From assembly GCA_965644295.1 (NCBI GenBank), contig CBFFRP010000421.1:1-64000 (forward strand): a stretch of 64,000 nt of DNA, in the 5' to 3' direction. The notes beneath the pieces are model-generated. The model searched no databases and had not been told where the DNA came from. It saw only the letters and a program-made list of their open reading frames with translations. This document shows positions 25,501 to 40,335 of this stretch, one piece after another. The DNA is from Paraphysomonas bandaiensis. Its lineage: Eukaryota; Protista; Chrysophyceae. The stretch's first letter is position 1. Each line of letters starts with the position of its first letter. Position numbers and translations under genes: made by a program.

Positions 25501-28500
25501 AGTATTGGACTTACTTTCTTCAATAGCAGCTCTTCTTGTTTTAACTGTCGGTAAATCCGTGGATTCAGGAACCAAGAGAGAAAGAAGGTTCGGTAAAATT
25601 TCAGAGAAAATTTTTGGTAAAACTACAACGCTTGTGGCTACATCTCCTGCCTGCAAACTGATACCAACAATACTACGAACAACATACATGTGCTGCTCTG
25701 AGTACTCGGATAGATTGTCTACCTTACGACTGCACAGAAGCGATGCTTTTTTCTTTCCGTGGCTTGATATCCCCTCGTCCATCACGCCATGAACGAGGGC
25801 ATCTTCAATTTGGGAGAGTCGCTCTTCGGCCTCCTCCCCATCAGTTCCTACACCGAAACCTACCACTGCTAGTCGAGGCACACCAACTAGGCATAATAAA
25901 GCAGGCAGAATATATCGCACAGAAAGCCCAGGACCAATGGCATCAGGAGAGGCAAGGTTTAAAATTGCGATCACAGATGCTTGCTGGACTAGAAGAAGAT
26001 CAGGCATTGGGGACATGTGCAACCAATCTGTTCGAACATCATTATGGCATCCGCCATGAGCCCATAAAGGGGCAACATCGCCTGCCGCAGTTGAGACAAA
26101 TGGTGCAGAGGAGCGGGAAACGCTTTGTAATGTTCCACTTACAAGATATGTCGTGAGTAGAGGCAAAAACTGTCGCAGAAAGCAACGAGGACCAGCCCGA
26201 AATATAATCACACGCCACAGAGTGGAGAGGAGAAGGGTGCGCAGCAAGACAGCGGAGCGCAACTTATTGAGAAACTTCACTACTCTCGGGACAATGATTT
26301 TCTCCGTGCCATCAACACCCAAGCGCTCACCAAGAACATCTACCAGGGTCGCGTACTCCAACACAAGCGGAGATTCATTAGATTGATGCTCACCATTGGA
26401 GCCACATTTGGCGTCACCATCCTCTCTAAATGGAAAAGGGTCTACAAACACCGCAAGGATATGCGGTAGCGCTAAACTCAACCCTTCTAGGGGCATTACA
26501 GAAATGTCATATATATTGTCAGTCACTTCCTTCAGTCGTGACAAACTATCCGGAGCGACCTTTAATCTACCAATAAAATTGTATACAGACTCAAAGTATG
26601 ATGGGAACACGTGAAAACAGAAATCCTCCAGGAGCTCTTTCCTCTGTCTCGAGTACGACGTATCAAAGAACCGGTCATTACTGGGCTTGAAGAGTAAGAC
26701 ACCATCCTTCCGCATACCAGACCAATCTGAGCCATACTGATCATCCATGTCTTGCGCATGCATATGGGCGGGTTGATCGTAGTCTGATGCACAGCAAGTA
26801 CCAAGAAGCTCTGCGGCTGTGGGACGGTGCGATGGGCACGGACTGAGTAGCAGATAAATAACGCGGAGTAAACTCAGGGGAACGGGACTGTTGTCCGCCA
26901 TACAAGATCGCAAAATTCCATGCAAATCACTCTGACTTACATTCTCTGCTTGCACTTGACTAAAAATGGGACTTCCCGTTAGCACTTCAGCAATAACACA
27001 GCCGATGGAAAACATGTCCTGAGACTGGAGCAGACGAACACAATCTTCAATATCGCACTCATCATTTTCATCTGCAGCATACAATCGGTTAAACCGATTA
27101 TCTCGAGCATCACCACATGCAAATACATTCTCCAACTGAGCACAGAAATCTGGATCCCAAGCACCCGAATCACACCCAGTAAAATTTTCATTATGTTCGC
27201 CTAGAGAATGTCGGGGGGGCAAGCTATACACTGGCTCTAAGAATGAACCATAACGGGCAGAGAATTTCATCGCCTCCACGGAGTCCCATTCACTATGAGT
27301 TTGGGGCATGCGGAATCCTTTAGCATAGTTGAGAAGAGTGAGTGTTTCGTCGTCTTGTCCACGGGAAAGGTACTTCCTCTCTTCGGTCACAGTGTGTCCA
27401 GATGCAGACATAGGCCCACTATCACAATCGGGCGCAGCGGTAACTATTACACTCCCAGATTCAAAATGGTCCAGGTCGAGCATCGCCTGCAAGCTAGAAT
27501 CATAAGCACTAAACTTGCCGGTTCCAGAACCCCTGGATTTTGGCGAAATCTGTTTCTTAGGATGAGGTCGGTCGAACAAAATCACAAAACCAGGGTGCTT
27601 GTCAAGGTTCGGGGAATCTCCAATCTTTTCCTGTGCACTCAAGGTATGTCGCAACGGAACGTTGAGGTTGGCAATAGCTTTGTCACCAATCAGGAGGTGC
27701 CCAAATGTGAGGTCGATCCAGTGGTGCAAGTCACGAGATACCTCATCACTTTCCAGTACTGAACGGTGATAGCTGATGAACTCGGCAGCTGTTTCAGTGA
27801 ACGGTGGGGTTTCCAAATCAGCCAGTGCCTTGTCCTTATGAATAGATTCAAACACGGAAACGTCGGTAAAGAATTCTGGGATACACTCATCTGGAGTCCA
27901 GTCGTACATTCGTCCCATAGAATGTGGATAATGCTCTGCTACGAAATCGTTTCTTACGATTCTTTGTAGCACTTGAAGTGGAGTGCATCTCGCCATGTAT
28001 ATATAGTACGTGAGCTCGGAGAGTGTTTCAGGGATATGGTGCGGGGGGTCAGAGTGCCGAAAAGTAGTGTGAAGCTGTGGGTCGCCCTTACTCAAGCGAA
28101 ATTTCGATTTGGTAAGGTCTCTTAGATGAAGAAAGTTTGGGTTGTCTCTTCCAGAAAATGCACCGGAGCAGTCCACGTATTTGGCAGAAAAATCCGTCAC
28201 CCATGGCAGTACAGGGTGGTATAGTGGGTCCACCATACTACGACCTGCAGCTTGATTGATTGCCAATAGATACTCCATATTTGAAATTTTCCCCGTAACC
28301 CATTTGTACGTAATAGGTTCATCGTGACCAATTGGACGGTCCACATGTCTCTCCCCAAGAAGAATGCGCCGCCTTATCGCATCTAAACGAATCTTCCTGG
28401 CCCTCTGGGGGGATTTCTTATCCACAGATGGTAGGCAGTCCGCGTCATTGCAATCCAATATTTCATCACGTTGTACTCTTCTTTCCTCCTCCTGAGCCCT

Positions 28501-29324
28501 CTGTGTCTCCAGTTGACTGACACATTCGGCGGCCAGAGCCATGCGTCCCGAGAAATGTGCCGGGAGCGTTACCCACATGTCGTCATCCAACATAATACCT
28601 TCAGGCCGAAGTGGGTCCAGGCAGAGTCCTTGCGAGTGCACATACCCCGCTACCTGAAGCAGCTGATAAATAATAAACCTTAAGCGTAGATCTTTGGAGC
28701 CATGTCCAGCACCACGACCCAAAGATGGAGAGGACATAGAGGTCTTGGCGTGAAATCGAGACAGCGATAACAGCGAGTGCTTCGAATACTCTTGCACAAC
28801 AATAATTTCATTGCCAGACTCGATGTACTCGCATATGGCCGCAATACCGGGGTGTACTGACGTAGAATATGCTCTGGGTTGAAGATACAGCGGCATGCAA
28901 CTAACCCCAGAATTCACTAGATTGTGGCGAGACACATCAGTAAACAACGTCGAAACTATGTGCTGAATTACCTGCAACACAATAAAGTCATATAACAGAG
29001 CATATCAATACAATATAATATAATTACATTCTGTGGCTTATCGTGAGGGAGGAAATAGAGGTCGTGTAAGGATCTCTTCTCATCGCTACTCATCTGAAGG
29101 TTCTTCACATCACATGTCGGCAATACTTTACATATCACATCCTCAATAACAGCTGTATCGGCATCAATCTCTTTCCCTTCCTCTAGCATACATCTCACAG
29201 TAGAACCATAGCTTCCACTAGAGAAACACGGGAAAGCGCATCGAATATTCAGCACATTACGTAACACTTCTCGTAACTCAGATTCAAGAAATGGACAGTC
29301 AACTATAACCACCTTGCTTGTCAT
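22564..29324 (-). CDS. WDR81: WDR81-like protein (pseudokinase-like, BEACH, WD40)
   Basis: LRFIIYQLLQ; BEACH motifs ISNMEYLLAINQAAGR, HPVLPWVTDFS, LRDLTKSKFRLSKGD, WTPDECIPEFF, LHHWIDLTFG; DMFSIGCVIAE; WD40 repeats; C-terminus LLPLRRIMLLGTADGVIRVVV*. Confidence 0.88.
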
Positions 29325-29462
29325 GAGAGCTCTATGGGTGGAATGAGAGACAGAGCATTAGTACAAAGGAATACAAGTAGAGGGTGGGAGGTAGAGTGGA
29401 GATACCCTGCGGATCCTAACGAAGCATTTAAAGACTACACAAACCTCATACGTCTATATAAC

Positions 29463-29964
29463 CATACATACATACATACATACATACATACATACATACA
29501 TACATACATACATACATACATACATACATACATACATACATACATACATACATACATACATACATACATACATACATACATACATACATACATACATACA
29601 TACATACATACATACATACATACATACATACATACATACATACATACATACATACATACATACATACATACATACATACATACATACATACATACATACA
29701 TACATACATACATACATACATACATACATACATACATACATACATACATACATACATACATACATACATACATACATACATACATACATACATACATACA
29801 TACATACATACATACATACATACATACATACATACATACATACATACATACATACATACATACATACATACATACATACATACATACATACATACATACA
29901 TACATACATACATACATACATACATACATACATACATACATACATACATACATACATACATACA
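29463..29964. repeat. (CATA)n microsatellite array, ~500 bp, between divergent WDR81 and VPS37
   Basis: Perfect tetranucleotide repeat. Confidence 0.99.
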
Positions 29965-30081
29965 GATACTGTAGTGTAGATGTAGCTATGTGATAGGTGT
30001 GTATATGTATGTACCTGTAGGACACTTCTCCTAGTCTACACTATCATTCCCAATGAAGTGATATCATTCGAACTAAACAGT

Positions 30082-32087
30082 ATGTTTTGGTTTCGAAGTA
30101 GTAGTAGAGATGAGCCTTCTAAGGAGAAGAATGTAAAGGATTTCTGTGCAGCATTCCCATCAGCTCGTCGCCCTAATAACGATGATAACATATTCGAGCT
30201 CATGTTTGAGGTCGACCGGAAGTATAACACACTCAGAATATTTCTTCCGAATGATTTCCCAGCTAATAAACCTGGTAATAACTTCTTCTCTTGACTCCTA
30301 TAGATATCATTTGATGTATGTGGTTATAGTGCTGCAAATACTTGGACCTGTTGTTCATCCTTGGCTTGATCAGTACAAGAGAGTGGCGGGGTGTGATAAG
30401 GTTATCTTTATGTTGTTCATAATGGCATTTTCCATTAATTGGAATTTATTTGCAGTTAACTTATTGGACCAAGAATTCCTCCCTGACAGATGTCGTGCAA
30501 GACACCTTGGGAGCGGTACGTAGACTTGTTAATATGGTATATGTGGTATATAGGTCTATGGTAGTACGCGTGATACCGCAACGATTCATAGTTACATACG
30601 TTCTCATTACTTTTTCATTGCAGTTGCGCAGTGGACAGACTCTACAAGGCCCAGTGCGCAACACGTTTACTGCACAACCTAGTCACCCTCAGCCCAGCGG
30701 GCATCAGCAGAACACTGGGAATCAGGTACCAGCGGGACGGCAGTCAAGCAGTTATCAGTATCCACCGAGCAATCAATCAACCGTATATCATCAGCCTAAT
30801 ATTGCCAGCATACCCCGAGGTGTACCTCAAAGTTCACCCTTGACAGTTGACGATATCCGCATGCGTGCTCCGTCATCAAGTGGGGCAGGGCTGCAGACGT
30901 ATTATGGAAGCAACGTGAACGTTGGGCAAAGATCAATGAATCGCCAAGAAGAGGCAGCGGCCTATGAACACGGAACCAACCCACCAACACGCACTCGATC
31001 ACAGAGCGACGAGGTGTGCTGCATGATTATATTTTCTATGATTATAAGATGGACGATATAAGTATCAAACCTTTGAGAAGCCCGTATATCTGTGTGTAGT
31101 AGTTGTGACTCGTACATATTATGTTATTACACAGAGCTGAATCTTATATTATATATAATGCATACAGAAGCTTCATATCCCTCTTCCACCTATTCCTACT
31201 AGTTTCCCAGAGCTGAAAGACCTGACTGTCACCCAGCTGGAGAGACTTCGATCTGATGACAGCGCTATTAAGGTGTGCACTGTGTTCGGTTGATGTATGC
31301 GTTACCTATCATTTGAAATTTCCAACGTAATGTAGCAAATTATTGATAATGCTTGTATGCACTATTCACCTTACTGATGTGCAACAGTCGCACATCGGGT
31401 CTCTTGAGTGTGTGGAGAGTCTGCGAACAATGCGAGACCAGATCAGACAGTCAAATCTCAACGATGCTATGGAGTACCTATCAAAGGTGAAATATATATG
31501 TTTATTAATTTGTGCATGACCAAGACTTTTATTTGATTGTAATTTCTTGTAACTGTATATATCTTGATATTTATTACTTAGGAGGATGACTTACGGGAGG
31601 CTGCTGAGGATGCCAGAAACATTCAAAATGAGCTTCGTCAATTTGCAAACGAAGTATTATTTTCACCATTCATATTTTATTATGATTCTTTCTCTTTGTG
31701 TATTAGTATAAAAAGAAGCTGGCTATAGCTGGTAGCAAGTATTCAATGAATAAATCAGTGGTTATGCCTAAGGTATAGTTTTCGATTTCATGAAATTGCA
31801 TTTGTCTTGCACCGATTGTCGAAGCGATAGTGTTTATTTTAAATTCATATAAAACAACTAATATGCATATTTTCAGCTGCGGGAACAAACGGAGACCCTT
31901 GACGCGTCCTCAGAGCAGTTGGCCCAGAAATTCGTGAATGGAGAAATGGATATGAATGCTTTTTTGCAGGTAATTCGCTCATATGCTTTGGGAGACATGT
32001 TGTCTTACTCTGTGCGTACCATAGGGGTACATTTCTGAGAGAACGGAATATCATTCCTTGTGTATAAAACTTTCTAGGGTTGGCTAG
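30082..32087 (+). CDS. VPS37: ESCRT-I subunit VPS37 (VPS37A-like: UEV-like N-terminus and Mod(r) C-terminus), multi-exon
   Basis: LRIFLPNDFPANKP...VVHPWLD; IPTSFPELKDLTVTQLERL; C-terminal SEQLAQKFVNGEMDMNAFLQGYISERTEYH...VG*. Confidence 0.8.
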
Positions 32088-32315
32088 GCTATGAAACTGT
32101 ATTGCCACCCATTGCTTGTAGCTATCTCCGTTGTTCAAACCACATGCATGGCACAATTAACTTACTGCGAAACGAGTTGTGTCACTTGTTTTGGTATATT
32201 GAGTGTGGCTTGAAAACTGTATTGCTGGCCTTCTGATTGTGTGGTTAATTTAACGTATTAGTTTTTAATATTACTACTTGTGTTTGATCGTTACACTCCG
32301 ATGCTGTCAAAGTAA

Positions 32316-32395
32316 CAGGCTTGCGTAACAATTAATTGGATTGCCAATTAAATTAATTGGTTTTAAAAGAGATAATTTCAATTATTACAGTAGTA
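32316..32395. mobile_element. Orphan end of a hAT-type non-autonomous element
   Basis: CAGGCTTGCGTAACAATTAATTGG, nearly identical to the TIR of the adjacent MITE; no partner end found. Confidence 0.55.
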
Positions 32396-32511
32396 GTAAA
32401 TGTTGCCAATACAGCAATGGTTACGTACATTCTCATGAGAGTACACAAAGAAAATCACAACAAACGTATTTTCTATTGGTTATTCATTATTCACGCTCGG
32501 AAGTCGGAAGG

Positions 32512-32634
32512 CAGGCTTGCGTAACCATTAATGGCCATTAATGGCGACGCATTGCTTCCCCCATTTTTATGGCCATTAATTTTAAAAATCCCACCATTTT
32601 TATGGCCGTTACCATTAATGGTTACGCAAGCCTA
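32512..32634. mobile_element. 123-bp hAT MITE
   Basis: 23-bp TIRs CAGGCTTGCGTAACCATTAATGG / CCATTAATGGTTACGCAAGCCTA (one mismatch); exact 8-bp TSD TCGGAAGG at 32504-32511 and 32635-32642. Confidence 0.93.
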
Positions 32635-32908
32635 TCGGAAGGTACATTAATTATAAAATGAAAATTCATTCAATTAATATACGCCTTTGTATAAGTATTG
32701 AAGTAGTGAGACGCTATCTAACAATAGTATTGCAATATGTTGCTCCCTAGTCCTCGTGATATTTCTGTACATCGCGGAACACTTATCTACAAATATTAGA
32801 GACGCGTGACGCGTCCCAAAATTTCATGGAAATTATTTATTTCAACTTGTATTATTACGTGAACTACATTGATATTAACATCTAACCACAAAAAGCTGTA
32901 CATGTTCT

Positions 32909-35900
32909 CTAATTAGTCCTTTTAATACCACAAAGCACCCTATTTCGAAGTTCCAACCTAACGGACTTCACGGGGGCGCAGCCAGTATTTGTAGAGGTGT
33001 ACTCGAAACATACCCAACCGAACCGTCTAGGACCACCGTCTCCATTATTTTCCTCATCACTAAGAGTCCAGTTAACAGGGAGTGTCCACCCAGGCACTTC
33101 ACCATCATACTTCGACCACCTATACTCTTCCCTAACCCAATTCTCACCGGGTTCTTCCATTGCCAAAATGATCATGATCTTACAGCACTCTCTATGGTCC
33201 CACCTGCGAAGATCAAGCCTGTAGTATCTATCTGGGTAAAGCGGATCTATGATGTTGAGAATGCCCAGGCGATGGAAAATCTCATTCACCTCATCCTGGT
33301 TAAATATATCCAATACACGAATGCCATTTTTGTCGTAGTCGACAATTCGAGAAAACATCGATACGAAGGCTTGAACTCGCAGATAATTGTCGGACGGGAA
33401 ACAGAGCAATATATTTATTACTTGTTCCACCGATAGGTAGAGAATAGGTAGTGCCAATTGGAGCTCCAAAAGGCGACTATATGCCAAGGGATATATGGGA
33501 TGAAATTTTGTGACACTAGGCTTCGTCTGACAGTCTCGCAGACTTTCAGGAGTCGTCGGTCTCTTGGATGGATCATACTCCATGCGGCTGGCATCGCGCT
33601 GTCTTTCTTCAGGATAAATAGAGTGGTAATGGTGGCACGAGTCGATATACTCGATGTGGTGCTCCTTTAAGTGAGCCAGTGTTAGTGACGGGTGCACCAT
33701 TTGGTCCAAAGGCGTATTTTTCAACCACTCCGTATCGCTATACTTTTCCATGATAGTTTCCAGATTCAACACATCTTTTAGTGCAAGAAATCTTTTATCT
33801 GACAGTGGCCATATTCCCTGCTTGGGACGGACAGTGGACACATAATCGCACCGAAGCTTTCCAGTTGAAGGACAGGAGGCAAACCAGTGTGCAGTCAGTG
33901 AAAGCGGAGTACCACTAAGCGACTCATTGCGGAAATTAGAATAATTCCCTCGTTGTGAGGTGTCTACTCCCTGCTTGCGCATATACTTGACCTCTTCTGC
34001 CCACACAGCAGATAAGCTTCGCCCTTCAACCTTCTTCTGTTTGTATCGGAAATCAAAAAAGAAGTGACCAGTTGGAAGACCCATGAACACGTTATATATC
34101 TGTCCCATAAGTACTCGCAAAGCAAACTTTCCTTCGTGATTGACGACTGAATCCACAAATCTATGACACTGTTCTGAAGTGACAAGCTGAGGCAAAACAC
34201 GTGAAAGCACATGGAGATGGGAATTGTCATGTTTGCCCATTTCTTCAAATAACATCAATGCCTGCTGGGCACTCATGAAGTAATAGGGTGAAGTTGTTGC
34301 CTGCTCGAATATGACCTCTCGCTGCTCCATCGTAGGGGCGTCATGAATGGCCTTGATAACACTATGAATACCCTCATCATGACTTACATCGTATATCGAC
34401 GCCTGCTCGCACTGGTAAAACACTTCAACAACTAATTCCCCAGACACAGGAATGCTCCATGGCTTCTTTGTGCTAGCATCCACAAGCTCACCACGGGGTA
34501 CATCGGTGCGGCAAAATTCATTGACCATAATCATTGCGAACTCCCTGCTGTCTATTGCTCCCGATTTATTCACATCGTAATCTCTAATTAATTTTCTACC
34601 ATACTTCCGATCAAATTCTACCCCCAAACTCAAAATTGCAGCTAAAAATTCATCAACATCCATCTCGGCGTTGTTATCAGCATCATTAAGTTGAAATATG
34701 GCATAGAATATTTGATACATCATGCCGCCAATGTAATCCTCCTTAAATTCAGCTACATCTGTCGCAAGATTTAGCTTCTGTTCGGCAATTTCATAGAGCT
34801 TATCAATTACTATAGGATACAACTCATCGTCAGGAAAAAGGTCAAAAAATTCTAAAATATTCCTCAGGATATCAGGCGCTGATGCAGCTGCAGTTTTATT
34901 ATTTTTCTGATCAAGAATTATTTTGGCCAACTTGACTAGTTGTTGTCTAATATTTCGCCGTGACGACTCCGTTTTGGCACCCTGTCGAACAAGTTTTATA
35001 GAGTTCACAGTACGTGTATTCTCCGCGATATGTTCCAGTCTAACTAGAGTACATCCGGCTCTATAGTTCGCAAGATACATACATTCCTCGGCAACCATCT
35101 GACCGTATGGTTCACTGAGGTCAACTCTATAAAACCCAGATGGATTAGCAGCATTGAATACATCGGGGCATTCCATCGTACAGTCACAGTTCTTAAACGA
35201 CACACTCAAGACGCGGCTCTCCCCACTGGCACGCTGTACTGCTGCAACTAGTGCCTGTGCGCCCACAGCTCCCAATACATTTCCGTCCACGACAAGTGTA
35301 TCTAAACATTCATTCTGAATGAGAGCATTGGCCAGCACTGTTGCTGCGCGGGGATTTACTGAGTTGTACGACAAATCCAGATACCTTAAGCTATTGTTCA
35401 CTTTAAGAGCTTGACCAAGGTATTGGGTGGGGAGGTCTCCAAAGGCATTGTAGGCCACTTTCAATACTGTGAGTGTGTTGTTTATCGTAAGTGACTCCGC
35501 AAAAGTAATCGCGCTATCAAGTCGTATAAAATTCCAGCGCACATCTAATTCAGTTATCGTCGTATTTCCCACAAGCATTTCTCCAAGCGCTTCTCCTCCA
35601 GTAGTAAGATCCGGATCCACAACGTTCATCAACTCAGCCGCCCCGATCATGTTATTGGTCAGAGAAAGTGTGGTGATAGAAAAGTTATCCATGATTGCCT
35701 TGGCAAGATTACAACATTCTCCATCATCCACATCCGCACCTACAGATAAATATTACAACGCACAGCCCTAGTATACATCAATCGTAACATCACAAATTGT
35801 ATACGTCACATATAAATAGCATTACATATAACCGTACCGTTGAGAACTAAAGTTTTGAGTCGACACCGGCTATTCCGTAAATAGTCCATGATAACTGCTG

Positions 35901-37316
35901 ATGATTCGTCGATCTTGTTGTACGATAAATCTAGATGTGTCTGATCCATGACACGTAAGTAAAAAATAAAATCACGAAATACCACCCACCAGAGTGATCA
36001 TCTTATCTAACTTCAGTGCGAAAGGCATGAGTGATACATCTGTCACATAGTGTAAGAGGTAAATCTAGAAACCAACTGCACTATTACCAGTAAGTCTATT
36101 ATCGCTTAAGTCGATTGTCTCTACAGTGGGAAGATCCTCGATCACCTAACAGGGTGTATATTTTAAAAATAAATTTATAAAAAATATATATACGTCACCT
36201 CTATTACGGGAAGAATTTTCTTATCTCCAAGACCCTTGTGACCTAGAAATATTCCCTTCGGGTTCTGTGTTTCGAAACAGTATGTAACACAAGTGGGAAA
36301 AGTGAGAGAAAATGTACCGTTTCTTTTCGAAGCAATAGTGGCATTGGAGTGAGATTTTCCTTCGTCACTCGCCGGAGGTACATCGCACGAGGGGACTTCT
36401 TTTCTTCTGGTAAGTCTTCATCATTCATATACATGTCCAGATTCCTACAGTCCTCCATAAATCCAATAAGCACGTATTCGTTCAAACCCTACCTCCTTGC
36501 AATTTTATACTGCCGGTAAAACTCGGATTTGGATATATCACCAAAGTATTTATCCCAGTGTTTAATACCCATACGTGGGTTTAACATGTCGTATCGAACT
36601 GCGGATATGACTTCCTTTCCACAGTCCTTCAAAGAAATACTTTTCTTCAAAATAGACCTCTTACGAACACCTTTGGCCGCATCCATGGCTTGTTCTTGAG
36701 CTTTGTTTACAGTTCGCTGAATCTTAGCTCGTTGTAAAACACGCGGCAGCGGACCAGGAATACGCGTGTGTTCAATTTTCTTTACCTCAGAGGGTGGTTT
36801 TTTAGGCAAGACTTTCTTTTTAACCGAAGGTGGTTCTGGTTTGAGTTTCCTAATGGTCGTACTGTGTTTAGAAATTTTCTTCGGAGGTTTTAGTATCTTC
36901 GGTGTTTTACTGACAACTTTCATTAAATCTTTCTCGGAATTATACTGATAACCCATTCCAAGTAAACTGCTTCTACGAACTTTATTGGCAGTAGATCTCC
37001 GTCGATTTTTACTCTCGTCAATTTGTTCAGTGTGGTAGTCACTGTCTTTGTCCGAATCAGAACCCTTTTCCTCATCGTCCTTATCAATATCATCAAATAC
37101 TGATTTATATTTCGGTAAAGCAGGTATCGAATCAGAGCCCCATATATCTCCTGATCGCCCGTGAAATATGGGCACAGAGGCAGAGAAATCCGTTAAGCTT
37201 ATATGAGGTTTACTTGTTAATAAGCTTGGCAGTGTGATGCATGTTGACATACTTGACTCTGTATCTAATGGATGGTGTTTTCCCTGTATATCACTACGAC
37301 TCATAGTAGAGCTCAT
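32909..37316 (-). CDS. Large leucine-rich-repeat (RNI-like) protein with paired EF-hands, multi-exon
   Basis: LRR units such as ITELDVRWNFI, LRYLDLSYNSV and TIDLSDNRL; EF-hand loops DADNNAEMDVDEF and DVNKSGAIDSREF; K/S-rich N-terminal exon. Confidence 0.8.
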
Positions 37317-37849
37317 GTTTGAGAGCTATACGGGCCTATGGGTAGTGTAGTGGTGATGGGAATAGGGTTAGAGTATGAAGGTAGATGGGGGATAGAGCAT
37401 ATCGTGTACTGTGTTTTCAATTTAATGCAGTGAGTGTTAATGTATGGAACTATGCGTATATTATCATATGTATGGAACTCTAGGCAGATATATACATACA
37501 TTAACTGCTGCATGATGATCTCATATGGAAGTTCTCGTAAGAACACGCCTACGGCTTATTCCATACATAAGCACCTCTCTATGTGTATATATGTACAGAC
37601 CGTTTCTTTCCATAGAATACTGGAATACAATGAAATACAGTGGAAGGTGGAATACAGGTATGGTTTACAGCAGTGTCCAAGTACACACATACGGCATACA
37701 GACTATACGGCATAGCATACACTCACAGCACCTGCAGCTGTACCATACTACAGTGTACTGTAGTATATGTACTGCAGTACAGCAGTGTCCCATTAACAGT
37801 CTCATAGCAGCCATATATAGACAGCATGCCTCCTTGTATACCATACACC

Positions 37850-39492
37850 ATGAACCTCACACTATCCCATCTCATAATCTCATTACTCTATCTCTTCTCC
37901 CTTGTATCCCCCTATCCACATCCATCACCATCAGCAGCATGCGGAGATATCATCCACCAGTCATGCCTAACGAACTGCTCCATTGCCAATCCATACTACT
38001 GCTTTAAAGATAAACCTATTAGTTATGATACATGTAAACTCTTTCTTCGTCAATCACAGCACTGTGATGCTGTTATCTATACAAATGCCAGGTGCTCTTT
38101 GTTCTCTCGCTACACTAACAGAGACCTTCAAACCCCCTCTGCTGTAAGCATACAGGCATCATTCACAGATGACTCTTCCATTCACTTGATTCGATTGACC
38201 GAAGGAGTAGATAACTGTACTGCTTACTCTGGGCCATCTAACTATCCTGTTGGGAAGAGTATCATGACTCAGTGTCTGAGTCATCATAATTTATTGTCCT
38301 CTGCATCGACCCATAGGCAGATGTCGGAGCAGAGATGGAGTCAGCTTCCTCGCCTTGGAATAATAGTTTCCGTTACTAAGGCTTGGATGCGTGATAATAT
38401 GAAGGAGGTCGAAGCCGCAGTTAATAACTTCGAGTGCTATGCCACGACACACAGTTATGCCTTCGTAAGTCTCGAAAACTATCCGTTTACCTCTAACTGT
38501 CATTTTAGCACTTGCATGTAATGCCATCCATGGAAACAAGCCGTTTTTTTCACGTTCGCCACCAGTCAGTGGTTCAAACGTACTTACATCGCTACCAATA
38601 CTTGCTTGTGATGGACGCAGATAATCTGGTTGTGAATATGTCTCAATCTTTGGACCACCTTTTCGTTAGCAACATGTCATCCCCTACAGATGTCTTTCTC
38701 CATATGCGAGAAGGGGGTGAGGTCACAGCCAGTACCTACATTATACGGAATTCTCTGTATTCTCGGTGCTTTATGCGATACTGGAGAATGATGGCACCGC
38801 TAAGCAGGCGTGTGTGGGTGCCAACCCCAAACCACGACAACGGTGACTTAGTTGTGGCGCTGATGAATCTAATCAGTGAGGAGGCCCTACTTAATTGTGC
38901 AGAGTATATAAAGCCCACATCTTCACTAGCTGCCTATGATACGGGGATATTGCTTTGTTTCCGTTTATTCCGTGGTGCTCTAGCAGATCCGTCTACCCTC
39001 TTGCCTCACATTCGTGTCTTTTTCATTCGTGAGAGCTTTTTCCGTATGCATCTAGGGAACAGTGGAACTCAAGGAGAAGGACGGCAAGTGCTGCTGAAAG
39101 ACTCCACTTGTCATAAGCACGACATCATTGCCCACGGGTGGAAAGCGATTGCTTCTTCCTACTGGCCGACGGACTCTGTATGTGATGTCGATGCTTTCCG
39201 AAGAGGAAAAGGGGGGAACCAGCGCTGCACTTGGTTGACAGTAGAAGAAGAGATGCATATTGTACAGACAAAGTGCTACTGGCGGTCTCCTCTCTGCAAA
39301 GATGCAGAAACGCAGGTTAATGTCTGCCTAAACTCTGAAGGGTGCCGATTGGAAAAGATAAATATGCAACGCTGGGCACTATGCGTAGATCATGGAGTAT
39401 GTAATCCTTATATTACGATTCCCGCCTTTTACAAGAAGTACGCAACTTTGGAACTTCCCCGGCCTTGGCTATCAGAATATATAAAGTCATGA
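37850..39492 (+). CDS. Secreted/Golgi nucleotide-diphospho-sugar transferase, DUF273-like, 2 exons
   Basis: Signal peptide MNLTLSHLIISLLYLFSLVS; ECYA..H.Y; DxD motif YLLVMDAD; EVTASTYIIRN; DNGDL; Cys-rich tail. Confidence 0.65.
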
Positions 39493-40335
39493 CTTCGTTC
39501 TTAGAGTTAATATATTTTACTTGTATAACGTGATTGTTTCTGTGATACGATTGTTTGCTGTGGTATCTTGATGTTGTAGATATCTTACCGAAGTACCGAT
39601 TTTTAAAAGCATTTAATTTTATATTAGTACTACATACACATAAGTTGGAAGTGCGTTGTCCTAGGGACTATAAGCAAGAAGCAAGTAGCGCAACTAGCAA
39701 TTGCACCTGATGGGTGTATGAAATTTCTTCAATCCTTTTTAAATTTATTTAAATCATTTAAAATTGACTTATATATTTTTCCTATTATTGTATGTGGTGG
39801 TTGCTTCAAAAATAACTGTCATCTCTTCTTTCTCACAAACATCCATGAAAACTCCTCCTACACCTGGAACGTGAGCAAACAATAATAGCAATTTTATACT
39901 AGATAATAGAACTAGGAATAATGAAAAATACTACTCACATAGTGCAGCTTTCTTATCGCTGTTGCAGATTAGGTAACGAGTGACTGGCAGTACTTTATCC
40001 GGGCATGTGAATAACAAATTCGCATTTTTGACTATATCAAATATGTATGTTTACTATATCAATTACATGGGCTGAAATAGAATACTCTATGAAACCGCTA
40101 CAAGTGAAAGACACAATGCATTAGTTAACTTCCAGTTAATTGTTTGTCTAAGTCACTAAAGTCGTGATCTTGTCACTGTAACACTTTTCTGCCGTTTCAC
40201 GTATTGCATTCTTCACTTTGATATATAAACATTCTTCTCTCGCTGGGTCGTTGCAGAAAACGCACACAACATATACAGCCGGTACGGTATCAACCACATG
40301 ACATTATAGCAGAGGAAGTGTGTGAGGCTATACTA

